In this document: one piece after another, positions 26,466 through 37,600 of the stretch | Numbering within the stretch: position 1 is the stretch's first letter | Layout: each line of letters begins with the position of its first letter | Source: a virus | Length of the DNA: 64,000 nucleotides | Strand: one strand, 5' to 3' | IMG/VR virus record: IMGVR_UViG_3300045922_000709 | Location: 1-64,000 of that record | Translations under genes and position numbers: made by a program | The notes under the pieces: generated by a model | Database searches by the model: none | The model's input: only the letters and a program-made list of their open reading frames with translations | What the model was told of the DNA's origin: nothing

Positions 26466-27776
26466 ATGGTATTTACAGAAAAGCAAATGGAAGTTTTGAC
26501 AAGTTTGTCAAACTGGGCCATTAAAAATAAATTTAACAGTCCTCAAACAGCTGTTTTAAGCGGTTATGCAGGCACTGGTAAAACAACTATATTAAATCAT
26601 TTTGTTCATTCTGCTAAAGTAATTAATAAATTAAATGTAGCGTTAACAGCAACAACTCATAAAGCAGCGTTAGAATTGAAAAAAAAAACAAACGAAGCTG
26701 CATTTACTGTTCATAAATTTATAGGATTATCACCAGATTATTCGTTAGATAATTTTACAATGCAAAATATAAAATTTATAGCGTCTGCATATAATAAAAT
26801 GGATAATATAGATATTTTAATTATAGATGAATGTTCAATGATAAATAGAGAATTATATAAATATATAACGACAAAAAGCGAGTTATTAAATACTAAAATA
26901 CTTTTTGTAGGAGACCCTTTTCAAGCACCACCTATCGGCGAAGATATTTCAGATTGTTTTGAAAAATCACACGTTAAATTAAATTTAACGGAGGTGTTAA
27001 GACAAGAAAAAACAAACCCAATTGTAAAATATTCTATGAAAATTAGAGAAAATAAAGATTTTAAAATAGTGTTTAAAGAAAAAGAATCTAAAAATTTTAA
27101 TGTAAGTAGAGACGATTTGAAATTTAAAAAATGGATTAAAGAAAACATGAATAATTCTTCAAAAATAATAGCTCACTCAAACGATAAGGTTAAAAAATAT
27201 ATAACTTTATATAGAAATATATTAAAAAAAGAAAAACCTTTTGATATTGGAGAACCATTAATGATGTATTCTAATTCATTAGAATTAAATATGTTTAATG
27301 GTGAAGAATATACTATACTTAAAAGAGAAGAAAAGTTAAAAACTTTTAACAACAGATATACGGGTAAATCAACAGATATTAAAGGTTTTGAACTTTTGGT
27401 TCAAGGAGAAGAAGAAAAAAAAAAGATATTTGTAGTTGATGAAAAATTACAAATAGAAAAAGTTATTTTTGAATTAGATACTTACAAAACCTATGCTATT
27501 AGAGAAAAAGATAAAGATTTAAAAAAAGCAAAATTTAAAGAGTTTTTTGATTTAAAACAAAGATATTTGTTTACGAGACAAATAAGTAAAGATTATGGAA
27601 AAGATATAGATTATGCCTATGCGATTACAATTCATAAATCTCAAGGCTCTACTTACGATAATGTATTTTTTGACATGTCTTCTTTAGAATATATTCAAAA
27701 TCAAGAAGAAAGAAATAAATTAATTTATGTGGCGGTCACAAGACCCAGAAACAACATTTATATTTATCAAAATTAA
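26466..27776 (+). CDS. SF1B (Dda/RecD-like) DNA helicase
   Basis: GYAGTGKT, IIDECSM, GDPFQ, TIHKSQGST, YVAVTR. Confidence 0.92.
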   Translation: MVFTEKQMEVLTSLSNWAIKNKFNSPQTAVLSGYAGTGKTTILNHFVHSAKVINKLNVALTATTHKAALELKKKTNEAAFTVHKFIGLSPDYSLDNFTMQNIKFIASAYNKMDNIDILIIDECSMINRELYKYITTKSELLNTKILFVGDPFQAPPIGEDISDCFEKSHVKLNLTEVLRQEKTNPIVKYSMKIRENKDFKIVFKEKESKNFNVSRDDLKFKKWIKENMNNSSKIIAHSNDKVKKYITLYRNILKKEKPFDIGEPLMMYSNSLELNMFNGEEYTILKREEKLKTFNNRYTGKSTDIKGFELLVQGEEEKKKIFVVDEKLQIEKVIFELDTYKTYAIREKDKDLKKAKFKEFFDLKQRYLFTRQISKDYGKDIDYAYAITIHKSQGSTYDNVFFDMSSLEYIQNQEERNKLIYVAVTRPRNNIYIYQN

Positions 27777-27784
27777 TTTAATTT

Positions 27785-29767
27785 ATGGACGTTTTTAAAG
27801 CACTTAGCGAATGTGTGGTATATGACAAATATGCTAAATTTATACCTCACTTAAACCGTAGAGAAACATGGCCTGAAATTATTGACAGATATTGTTTGGC
27901 TTTAACAGACAGATTAGATGAAATTAAAAATGATCGTAAAAATAAAAACATCAATATACCGGCAATAGAAAGTTTAAAAGAATATGTAATGAATGATGTA
28001 AAATATTATTTAAATGAAAAATTAATTATTCCTTCTATGAGAGCTTTGCAATTTGCAGGAGAACCTCTTAAAAAAAGACACAATAGAATATATAATTGTG
28101 CGTTCATGCATTTTGAAAATGTTAATTCTTTTGGAGAATTAGCATATAATTTGCTTTGCGGAACAGGTGTTGGATATTCAGTTGAAAAAAAACATTTAAA
28201 AAATAAATTTAAAAAAACAAACGAAAATGAATTTAACAAAATATCATTTTTATCAGTTGAAGATTCGATAGAAGGTTGGGCTGATTCTTTTGTTTTTCTT
28301 ATAGAAAAAAGTCTCAAAGGAAATATTGTAGAATTTGGTTATTCTAGTATTTCAAAAAAAGGAACACCTTTATCTTCTGGTGGTAAATCTCCTGGCCCAG
28401 ATCCTTTGGAAAAATCTCATAAAAAAATTGCAGAAATTATAGCAGAAGCTCCTTTGGGAGTTTTGTCTTCATTTACAATCCACAGAATTGCTTGTGTTAT
28501 TGCAGATTGTGTCGTAGCAGGAGGTATAAGAAGAGCTGCTCTAAGTTGTTTATTTGATAATACAGATGAAGAAATGCTCACTTGTAAACAAACATCAGAT
28601 TGGTATATTAAATATCCTGAATTAGCTAGATGTAATAATAGTGCAGTTTGGTATAGAGAAAAATTAAAAGATAAAGTTTATCTTAGAAAATATAAAAAAT
28701 TCTTAAAAAACTTATTAAACAGTGGATTTGGAGAACCTGGGATTTTTCTTTCTTCTAACCCTTCCATGGGTACAAATCCTTGTTTTGAAATTGCTTTAAA
28801 TAATAAACAATTTTGTAATTTAGTAGAAATTAATGTAGAAAAATATAAAAATTTTAAAAACAAACCAATTGCTTCTAAATTTCCTGTTAAAGCAAAAAGT
28901 CTTATAAAAGCTGCTACAACAATTGCTACAATTCAAGCATCTTTTACAAAATTTAAATATCTTAAAGGCTGGGATAAAATAACTGAAAAAGAAGCTTTAA
29001 TTGGTGTTAGTAAAACAGGATTTATTAGCAACCCTTCAACTGTTTGTTCAGATCATGATGATTTTAACAATCATAAAGAATTAGTTGATTCTATTAATAA
29101 AGATGTAGCAAGAATAATTGGTATTAACCCTGCTGCAAGAACAAGAACAATTAAGCCTTCCGGCACAGCAAGTTTGGTTCTTGAAACATCTCCCGGTATT
29201 CACCCTTATTATGCGCCTTTCTTTTTAAGAGCTGTTAGATACAACAAAGATTCTGCTATTGCAAAACATTTTATAAATACTTTAGGTTATGATAGCGGTT
29301 TAGTTGAAGATGACAAAATGTCTAAAAACACAATTGTTGTATATTTTCCAATTAAAGTTAATGTAGCAAGAAAAGACACAGCTGTTGAACTAAAACCAGA
29401 AAATATGTTAAATTATACTTTTAGCACATATAAAAACTGGATAAAAACAGACATGGATATACCTTTTGAAAACACAAATAATGTAAGTGTCACTGTTAAT
29501 TATGATAATCGAAACGAAAAAGAAAAAAAAGAAATTATAAAACTATTAATCGAAAACATTGAAAATTATGCAGCTATATCTTTTTTACCTAAATCTCACG
29601 ACTACCCTCAAGCACCTATTTCAGAAATTACAGAAGACGAATATAATAGAAAAAGCAAGATATTTTCCGAAAGATATATTTCGGTTGTGAATATTAAAGA
29701 ATTTGAAGACAATGTTAATTTTGATAACTCAATAAGTTGTGAAGGAGCATCATGCGAGATTTTGTAA
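27785..29767 (+). CDS. nrdJ: Class II (B12-dependent) ribonucleotide reductase
   Basis: YNC, NPCFEI, CNL, TIKPSGT, C-terminal CEGASCEI; no small-subunit gene in this window. Confidence 0.88.
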   Translation: MDVFKALSECVVYDKYAKFIPHLNRRETWPEIIDRYCLALTDRLDEIKNDRKNKNINIPAIESLKEYVMNDVKYYLNEKLIIPSMRALQFAGEPLKKRHNRIYNCAFMHFENVNSFGELAYNLLCGTGVGYSVEKKHLKNKFKKTNENEFNKISFLSVEDSIEGWADSFVFLIEKSLKGNIVEFGYSSISKKGTPLSSGGKSPGPDPLEKSHKKIAEIIAEAPLGVLSSFTIHRIACVIADCVVAGGIRRAALSCLFDNTDEEMLTCKQTSDWYIKYPELARCNNSAVWYREKLKDKVYLRKYKKFLKNLLNSGFGEPGIFLSSNPSMGTNPCFEIALNNKQFCNLVEINVEKYKNFKNKPIASKFPVKAKSLIKAATTIATIQASFTKFKYLKGWDKITEKEALIGVSKTGFISNPSTVCSDHDDFNNHKELVDSINKDVARIIGINPAARTRTIKPSGTASLVLETSPGIHPYYAPFFLRAVRYNKDSAIAKHFINTLGYDSGLVEDDKMSKNTIVVYFPIKVNVARKDTAVELKPENMLNYTFSTYKNWIKTDMDIPFENTNNVSVTVNYDNRNEKEKKEIIKLLIENIENYAAISFLPKSHDYPQAPISEITEDEYNRKSKIFSERYISVVNIKEFEDNVNFDNSISCEGASCEIL

Positions 29768-30309
29768 TTAGAAAAAATCATGAAATAATAGGTTGGAAAA
29801 TCATAAATAATTTTGATGTAGAGCCTTGCATAGGTTGGAACAATTCACACTATTATTGTTTAGAAAAAACAAAAAATAGCGAATATATTATAAATAAAAA
29901 AAAATTAGATAATCCTAATAATATTTTTAAAACTAAAACAGATTTATTAGAAAAATTATTAAAAAATTGGATAGAGATTCAAGATATATTTATACCTTTT
30001 AGTTTTATATCTTTTACAATAGATAATTCACATCAAAATTTTTATTTTAATTATGATAAATCATTAGATTTACAATATGAAAATTACGAACGTTTAGATA
30101 AAAATAAAATATATGCGGTTAATAAAACTACAAAAAAAATAGAAATAAAAGATAAACACAATATTGACGAAAGTAATTTTTTATCTGTCACAAATAATTT
30201 AATAACTTCTATTCATTCTGCTTTAAATTATATATTTAAAAATAATGGTGCTAATATAACTTTTATAATTTTTTACAAACCGTTTTTTCTATTTTATGAT
30301 GAAAAATAA
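29752..30309 (+). CDS. Hypothetical protein
   Basis: ORF track. Confidence 0.6.
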   Translation: MRDFVIRKNHEIIGWKIINNFDVEPCIGWNNSHYYCLEKTKNSEYIINKKKLDNPNNIFKTKTDLLEKLLKNWIEIQDIFIPFSFISFTIDNSHQNFYFNYDKSLDLQYENYERLDKNKIYAVNKTTKKIEIKDKHNIDESNFLSVTNNLITSIHSALNYIFKNNGANITFIIFYKPFFLFYDEK

Positions 30310-30595
30310 AACAAAAATAGGGTTTGATTCAAATATTTTAAAATTTAATAACGGCGTTGGGCTTTTAAAAACATTAATAAAAGATTATGGTAAAGAATAT
30401 ATATATATATTTCACGAACCTTATTTTGACTTAGAATATTTAAACTCATATATAAAAATTGCAAATATTATACAATTAAATGAATTTTATATATGTGAAG
30501 ATTTTATAAAAGAAAAAAATATATCTATTGTATACACGAATAGAGAATTAGATTTATATAAAATAGAAAATCTTATTATTCATTGTTTTGATTAA
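30296..30595 (+). CDS. Hypothetical protein (weak, degenerate HAD-like start KIGFD)
   Basis: ORF track. Confidence 0.6.
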   Translation: MMKNKTKIGFDSNILKFNNGVGLLKTLIKDYGKEYIYIFHEPYFDLEYLNSYIKIANIIQLNEFYICEDFIKEKNISIVYTNRELDLYKIENLIIHCFD

Positions 30596-30597
30596 AT

Positions 30598-30626
30598 AAA
30601 AAAAGGGGCTTCGGCCCCTTTTTTTT
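30598..30626. terminator. Bidirectional intrinsic terminator between the convergent arms
   Basis: A-run-GGGGC-TTCG-GCCCC-T-run. Confidence 0.92.
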
Positions 30627-30642
30627 ATTAAAATAAGTTTTA

Positions 30643-33600
30643 TTAATTTAATACAGGATTTTCTGAAACAGCTATATTTGTGTTTCTTCTAAATCTTTCT
30701 ATACCAGATGCACCAGGAATAAGACTTAAGAAAGAATTTACAAATCTATACCTAAACGTATCATTATTATCATCGTCTGTTTCAACAACCATAGATCTCA
30801 TTAAATAAGGATCTGTTTCGGTTTCTACTATAGCATCTTTAACATCTGCAAGAAAATTAAAAATTTTATAAACATACGATATACCAGAATCAGCTTTTGT
30901 AGCAGCTGCTATTATACCCGCATTTAAAGGTTTTTTATCATAAAATAATGTTGCTACAGATATAGGTAAAAATGCCATAGAAGCAACTTCTCCTTTTAAT
31001 TTTGAAGTTAAATTATACATTAATTTTTCCCATCTATTTAAATCTTCCCATGCTTCTGAATCTTCTTCTTCATCGTCACCCCAAGAAGGTAGCATGTGAG
31101 TAAAAACTGTAAATATTAAAGAAACAATTACATATGACGCAAAATCTTTATAAGATTGTTCGTTAAATAAATCTTTAACCATGTCGTTTTTATCTTTACC
31201 TGTCATTAATATAAATATATTTTTTAAGTGATTTGAAAAATCTTTGCTAAAAAGACCCATCATAACACTCATTGAACTTTTTCTTTCTTCACCTGTCGTT
31301 ATGTCAAAATAATCTTCAAAACCTAAACTAATCCATTGAAATATCCAAGATTTAAACACTCCTATTGATCTAAAAAAAGCTGTCATGTTTAAATAAATAG
31401 GTCTGTTTCTATCCATGTTTCCTGAAATTTTTTCCATAATAATTCTATATTCTAAAGCAATTTGCGTCAATTTATCTTTATACATAGGATTTACTATATA
31501 TTCGTTTGTTTCTTCATCTTTTATTAACACATCGTCTATATTTAAATCTTGTTTATTAAGTAATGTTAAAAGAATAGTTTGTCCATAAAATTTACTAACT
31601 ATTTCTTGAAAAATATATAAATCAAATTTATCTCTTATTCTACCTACTATTGTTTTATCAGGATCTCCTAAACCATAAATAATTTTATCTATATTATTAT
31701 CTAAATTTAAAGCTTCAAATAAATATCCCATTTTAGTTTGAAATCTTTGATTTATCCCATTACCCACATGTTCAAAATCAAAAAATCTAAAAATAGGATT
31801 AAATGTTTTATCGAGATGTTTAAAACGAGTGTTGTTTAAATTTAAAAGATCTCTCCAAGTAAAAAATTCGCCGCTCATTGCAAGTCTGGCAAGAGTCATT
31901 AGGCCTTGAAAAAAGTCCATTGTAGCAGTGACTAAACTAAAGCCTAAGCCTGTAAGACGAGACATTGTAGCCAAAGAATCTAAAATAGCATCTGGGTGAG
32001 TTTTTTCACCTATGTTTAACATTTCATCTTCTAAATGTCTAACCATGTATATTTTTTCATCTTCTGTAAATCTATTAGAATTTAATATAGACTCTATAGA
32101 TTTTTGAATTTTTGTTATTTGTTTTTCTTGCTGTCTGTTTTTAGAAAAAGAATTAAATATTTCTAGTTTTAATTGTTTTAATTTTTCATTAGCTTCATTA
32201 ATTTTAGAAGTAGAATTAGTTGCTAATGCTTCTTTTAATTCTTCTACAATCTGTTTCCATTGCGGATAAAACTTTTTATCGTTATACCTATCGGTTTCAT
32301 CAAACACTTTATCTACATTTTTTGTAAAATCGGGATTACCTCTCCTTTGATATTTTTTAGAACTACCATATAAATCTGCTTGCTGATAAAAAGTTAAAAG
32401 ATCAATTTCTTTTCTTAAAACAGATTCATCGGTGTATGTATCTTCTAAAATAGTTTGAGCAGCATTATAAACAGGTACTAATTTTTGTTTTTCTAAATAA
32501 GCTTCATGATTAGTTTTTGCTCTTAATATAATAGTGTAAAGAGCTTGAGATTTATCTGAACCCCCTATATTCCCTAATTGTCTTGGAAAATAAACGGTTT
32601 GGTTGTTTCCTTTTGCTAAATCCAACCCTTCTCTTAATTTTGATCTATCTAATTTATAAAAGCTTTTAATAAAATCTTTAGCTTGTTCGGGAAATATTCT
32701 TAAAAAATAATCGCTCGGATTATTATATTCTTCTTTTAATGTTTTAGCCATCTCATATATATACGTATGATGAGGTATATCTAAAGGATTTTGAGAATTA
32801 GCCCAAATAATACCCATTTCTAAAGACACAAAAGTTAAATACTCTACCTTTGCTCCAATTTTGTGATTTTTTTGTGCTTTTACAAAATAACTACCTTGTT
32901 CAGTTCTTTTTATTTCAGCGTTTTTTAAATAATCGATATAATCACTTATATATTCTGTGTTTTTAATATTTATCATTTCTCCATCTAAACCTGGTATTTG
33001 ATCTTTGTATTTAAATTTAATTAAACCTTTCTTTTGTAAAGATTCGCTTGTGCTTCTAAATTGTTCATCAAACATTGGGTGCAATGTCGGATCATTCATT
33101 GTTTCTATAAAAAATAAAAGTCTATCTATTTGAGATAATCCATAGATTTTATTATTCATTATATCACTATTTAAATCTGAAATAAGTCTTTCGTTTGTAG
33201 CCTGTATAGCTAAAAAAGCTTCCATATTTTCTACATTTTGAATCATCATTTCTCTTGCTTCATCTATATTATTTACATTTTTAAATGTAGGGTCAACAAG
33301 AGGTTCAAATCTTTCTATAATTTTAGCAGGATTTCTAAATTTTTGTTTACCCACATCGCTAAATACATAAGCTTTAATCGAATCATATAATTCTCTTGAT
33401 ATAAATACTTTATCTACTGCTGAATTAGGCCCAGAATGTAGCTTTTTATAAGTTTCATTGTCTGTGTTTAATGTAAATTGTAAAAAATCACAAGCAATAG
33501 AACTTTGCAAATACATTCCACTTGCATTCAATATATTTTTTTGCAATCCTTCATTTAAAGTTGTGAAAAGTTTACTTTTAGCAAAATTCCCTTTTAATTT

Positions 33601-34656
33601 ATCTATCGTTGCTATAATATCAGTATCTTTATAACCGGCTTTTCTAAAAGATTTATAAAAACCATCTAACGTAGATTTAAAATTAAATACACTAACTGAA
33701 ATATTTTCTCTAATTACTTCAGATAATTTAGCAGTTAATTGAATAGCGACATTTTGTTTTTTAGCATTAGATATATGTCTCCAAATTAAACCAGGTAAAG
33801 GTTTAAATTTATCGACAATAACCCAACCTTTTTGAAAATCAAATGTAAAAATATTACTTTTTTTAGACAAAACTTTATGATATTCTCCTAATCTAATAGA
33901 ATATGTTTCTGCCATTATTTTTTGAATTTGTAATTGTTTTGTCATAAAAGAATTTATTTCTGCATTTTGTTTTTTTAAACCATCATTAATTTTATTGTTG
34001 TTTTCTTTATCTTTCGGATTTTTTTGATTTTCTATTTCTATAAGTTTATCTAATGTAGCTTCTAATAAAGTTAAATCTTTCAAAACCTCATTATAAGACT
34101 TTGCAACGTCCATAAATTCCATTAAATGTCTAAATTCATCAGTATCTTCAATAGTACCTAAACCTATTTCATCTATATTTCTGTCTAATTTTTCAGATAT
34201 AAAATCTTTATAAAAATTCAAATCTAAATTTTCAGGAAAAGCTTTATCGAAATAAATACCATGCAACTGTTTAAAACTTTCTATAATTTTTATTTTAGCT
34301 TCAACTACAGACTTTTTTATATAAACATTTCTTGTTTCTTTTTTAATCTCATTTGATTTAATTTCTAATTGACTTACTAAAGATGAACTAAGAGACTGAA
34401 ATTTACCATGTTTAATTTTCTCTAAAGCTTTATTAAAAACATTTAAAGGTGTGTTGATAGGTGCTGATTTTAATAAAAAATAAGCATCAATAGAATCAAT
34501 TGTAGGCTCTCCGTTAGAGTCCTTTTCAAATTGATCCCATTTACTAAATATTTCATCACCGTATACATTGGTGTAAATTTGTTTAGCTTTTGCTTCCCCA
34601 TACTTAGAAAGCAAATTCCTAAACAGTTTTGAATTAGATAAAGAAGAACAATTCAT
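30643..34656 (-). CDS. Large virion cargo/ejection protein (1337 aa)
   Basis: Abuts the RNAP gene; N-terminal MNC...DSNGEP; hydrophobic helices near the C-terminus. Confidence 0.75.
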   Translation of the reverse strand: MNCSSLSNSKLFRNLLSKYGEAKAKQIYTNVYGDEIFSKWDQFEKDSNGEPTIDSIDAYFLLKSAPINTPLNVFNKALEKIKHGKFQSLSSSLVSQLEIKSNEIKKETRNVYIKKSVVEAKIKIIESFKQLHGIYFDKAFPENLDLNFYKDFISEKLDRNIDEIGLGTIEDTDEFRHLMEFMDVAKSYNEVLKDLTLLEATLDKLIEIENQKNPKDKENNNKINDGLKKQNAEINSFMTKQLQIQKIMAETYSIRLGEYHKVLSKKSNIFTFDFQKGWVIVDKFKPLPGLIWRHISNAKKQNVAIQLTAKLSEVIRENISVSVFNFKSTLDGFYKSFRKAGYKDTDIIATIDKLKGNFAKSKLFTTLNEGLQKNILNASGMYLQSSIACDFLQFTLNTDNETYKKLHSGPNSAVDKVFISRELYDSIKAYVFSDVGKQKFRNPAKIIERFEPLVDPTFKNVNNIDEAREMMIQNVENMEAFLAIQATNERLISDLNSDIMNNKIYGLSQIDRLLFFIETMNDPTLHPMFDEQFRSTSESLQKKGLIKFKYKDQIPGLDGEMINIKNTEYISDYIDYLKNAEIKRTEQGSYFVKAQKNHKIGAKVEYLTFVSLEMGIIWANSQNPLDIPHHTYIYEMAKTLKEEYNNPSDYFLRIFPEQAKDFIKSFYKLDRSKLREGLDLAKGNNQTVYFPRQLGNIGGSDKSQALYTIILRAKTNHEAYLEKQKLVPVYNAAQTILEDTYTDESVLRKEIDLLTFYQQADLYGSSKKYQRRGNPDFTKNVDKVFDETDRYNDKKFYPQWKQIVEELKEALATNSTSKINEANEKLKQLKLEIFNSFSKNRQQEKQITKIQKSIESILNSNRFTEDEKIYMVRHLEDEMLNIGEKTHPDAILDSLATMSRLTGLGFSLVTATMDFFQGLMTLARLAMSGEFFTWRDLLNLNNTRFKHLDKTFNPIFRFFDFEHVGNGINQRFQTKMGYLFEALNLDNNIDKIIYGLGDPDKTIVGRIRDKFDLYIFQEIVSKFYGQTILLTLLNKQDLNIDDVLIKDEETNEYIVNPMYKDKLTQIALEYRIIMEKISGNMDRNRPIYLNMTAFFRSIGVFKSWIFQWISLGFEDYFDITTGEERKSSMSVMMGLFSKDFSNHLKNIFILMTGKDKNDMVKDLFNEQSYKDFASYVIVSLIFTVFTHMLPSWGDDEEEDSEAWEDLNRWEKLMYNLTSKLKGEVASMAFLPISVATLFYDKKPLNAGIIAAATKADSGISYVYKIFNFLADVKDAIVETETDPYLMRSMVVETDDDNNDTFRYRFVNSFLSLIPGASGIERFRRNTNIAVSENPVLN

Positions 34657-37600
34657 TTAACAAATGTTAATACCTAAAGCTTTTAATCTGGCAATGCCTG
34701 TTAAATCTACTTGATTACTAGTCTTAATGTTATCTGCAAGAAAAGTAGAATTAAATTCTTCAACAAACAACTGTGCTAAATTTATATCATTAGTTTTATT
34801 AAAAATAAATCTTTTTAACACATCACTTATTTCCTTAATTATTCTATGGAAATAAGTTTCATCTTTGGTTATATTGACATCGTTCATAAGACTTCTAAAA
34901 GAATTATATCTAAAAAATGCAGCTGTAAATTCAGCAACACCTACTTCCGGACTTTTAGCAAAAGATTGGGCTAAATAATCCAACACATGCTGCTGTTCTT
35001 GTGTAATTCTTAAACCTTTTTTCTTTCTTTCTTCCAAATCTTTAATTAAAAAGTTATAAATGCTTTGGAATTTTTGAACTGTAGCCTTGTTATTAACTAT
35101 ATTATCTATTGTAACAGCATGAAAAACTTCTTCAAATAAAATATCATTAAATATTTCAGCACTTATATTCCCTTTAACTGTTATCGTATTACTATTTCTA
35201 TCAAAAAATCCAGGAGAACTATTAGGTAAAGTGTCATCAATTACAAGATTTATAGATCTTAAATCAATGCCTGCAAATTTTGCTAACTCTAATATTAAAT
35301 TTTTCTTATAAGACGGCAGTTTGTCTAAATAATCAATTATATTAGGATTAGCTATTTCTTTAGTTTTTTCAACTTCTTTTATTAAAGTTAAAGTAGGCGT
35401 TTTAGATTCAAATATCTCTTTAAATTTATCTACAAAAGTTTTAAAAAATGGAGAGTTAAAATCTAAAAAATCAGAATAACTTTTATTTTTTATATATACT
35501 AAATAATCAGAAGGAATGTAAGGAAATAAAGTTTTATTTCCAAAACTTGTAGCATTTGTCATTAATGTGCTTTTTATCAAAAGTATAGCAAATTGATTAT
35601 CTAACACATCGTTAGACATTAATAAACTATACCAATCATTAACTATTTGATTTTTATCAGGTTTTACCAAATTATTTATACCATAATAGCCTTCGTCATA
35701 AAGTTCTAAACTAATTAAAAGTTTATTATTAGGGTGTCTTTTTCTAACGTAAGGTAATAGTTCGTTTAATTTATCAGTTATAATCTTTAAATTTTTAAAT
35801 TCGCCAACAACCGCTTCTGAATAAACATATCCATTTAATACATTAAAGAAATATACTAACGACTTTTTAAAAGAACCTAAAGATTTAAATGCAGATTCTA
35901 AGTTACTTAACAAATTATCTCGATATAAAGGTATTATATTTCTTAAAACCTTAGATGGTAAATTTAATACAATATCGTTCATTACTTCATATATAGTTTT
36001 ATTATCATTTGTATTATCTATTAAATACTCAATGTTTCCAAAAGGACTTTGACCAGCTTTACTTAAATTTCTTATTTTAGCTAAATCTTGTTTTTGTCTT
36101 ATGTTGTCTATTACAAATGCTCCTGCTTTTTTAGCTTGAGGTCTTATAACACTTTGAGTACCTCGATAAGCATCTGCAAGTTTAACTATAGCTGCAAAAT
36201 TTGCTAAATCTAATTTATATTTAGTTCCAATAACTTTTCCTTCAGCATTTAATATATTTTCTTCTTTAATTATAGCGTTAGTATTAGGTATTACATTTTC
36301 AGTTTGCATCATTTCTTCAACAGCCATATTCATGTCTTGAAGTTTTTCATATTTTTCAATATATCTATTTATTAAAGCTTGATTATCTGTAAATGTAGAA
36401 ACAATGTCTTTTTCTGAAAAACCAAGAGCTGCTAATAAATTACAAATATATTGAGTTGCATCTTTAATTAAAAGAGTGTTTAGTTTAGGGTCTTTAATAT
36501 TATCAAGCGCAAGGTTTTGGAGTTGAGACAAAACGTCAATTCTTTTAGATGTTCCGTCAATTGTTTTTTCACCAAAAAATTCTGCAAATAATAAATTTTG
36601 ACCATTTGCTTTTTTAATTACAACATGGTGTTTAGGTTTAAGATATACTTTTGCTTCTTGAAATTTAACAAAGCCTGTTACACCTAATGAAAACGCACCC
36701 ACCGCTGTTTTACCAGCTTTAGCATCTTCATAAAGTCCCATTTGATAATCAAGACCAGCTGGGTCAAGAGATGCCGGTTTAGCTTTATCTAATTCAGTTG
36801 CTAATTCTGCAAATTTACCACCCCCAATTGCATAAAACATTTCATGATATCTATTTGGATCTTTTATCAATTTTAATTTAGTTCTTATAAGTCTATTAGA
36901 TAAAGAATTATTTTTAGAAGGGTCTACTTTATAATAATAATGTTTATCAATATCGAAGTCAGCTCCCATCGATACCAAGACAGTTGGGTCACAAATAATC
37001 ATGTTACCCATTATAGGTGATAAATAACCTACTATAGTTTGAGGTCTTGCTGACTGAAGTCCTGATGTAGGCAATCTAAACCCTAATATTTCTTTAGGTA
37101 AAAACTTATTATATTTTTCAGGATTTTCTAAATATTTTTCAAAACCTTTTATTTTTGCAGAATTATCTGAACTTGGTTTAAAGCGTTTAGTTTTTTCATC
37201 ATATGCGTAATCCCAAGGTATAATTGTCTCATTTACACCTAATTGTTTTTTATTTTTATCAAACATATATATTCCGTTTTTATTTTGTAAATCATCTATT
37301 CTATCTAAATAATCATCAGACAACAAAACAGCAGCGTTACCTGGTAATTTTAAATCAATTGTTTTTGAAAATAAAGCTAAAATTTTAGATTCAAAAATTT
37401 TCCAAGAATTAGATTCAAATAAACTTTGACCTAATTCAAGTTCTCTTAAAGCGTTTATATCATTTAAATCTTTCTTTAAAATATCTCTTAATTTTTTATC
37501 TAAATTTTCAATAAGCTGATTAAAATCTTCAGAATCTTCAGCTAAATTTTCTATGTTTTCTACACCTAATTCTTTTTTTAGCACAGCTTCATTTTTTAAA

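Noticed and set aside
2763-28863. Short minus-strand ORFs in the + arm (e.g. 2763-2996, 3268-3534, 3672-3905, 7259-7540, 28006-28317)
   Set aside because: They are antisense shadows of real genes or tRNAs with no recognisable motifs.
17687-29767. Introns or inteins in PolB, primase, helicase or RNR
   Set aside because: The ORFs are continuous, of normal length, and show no intein or homing-endonuclease motifs.
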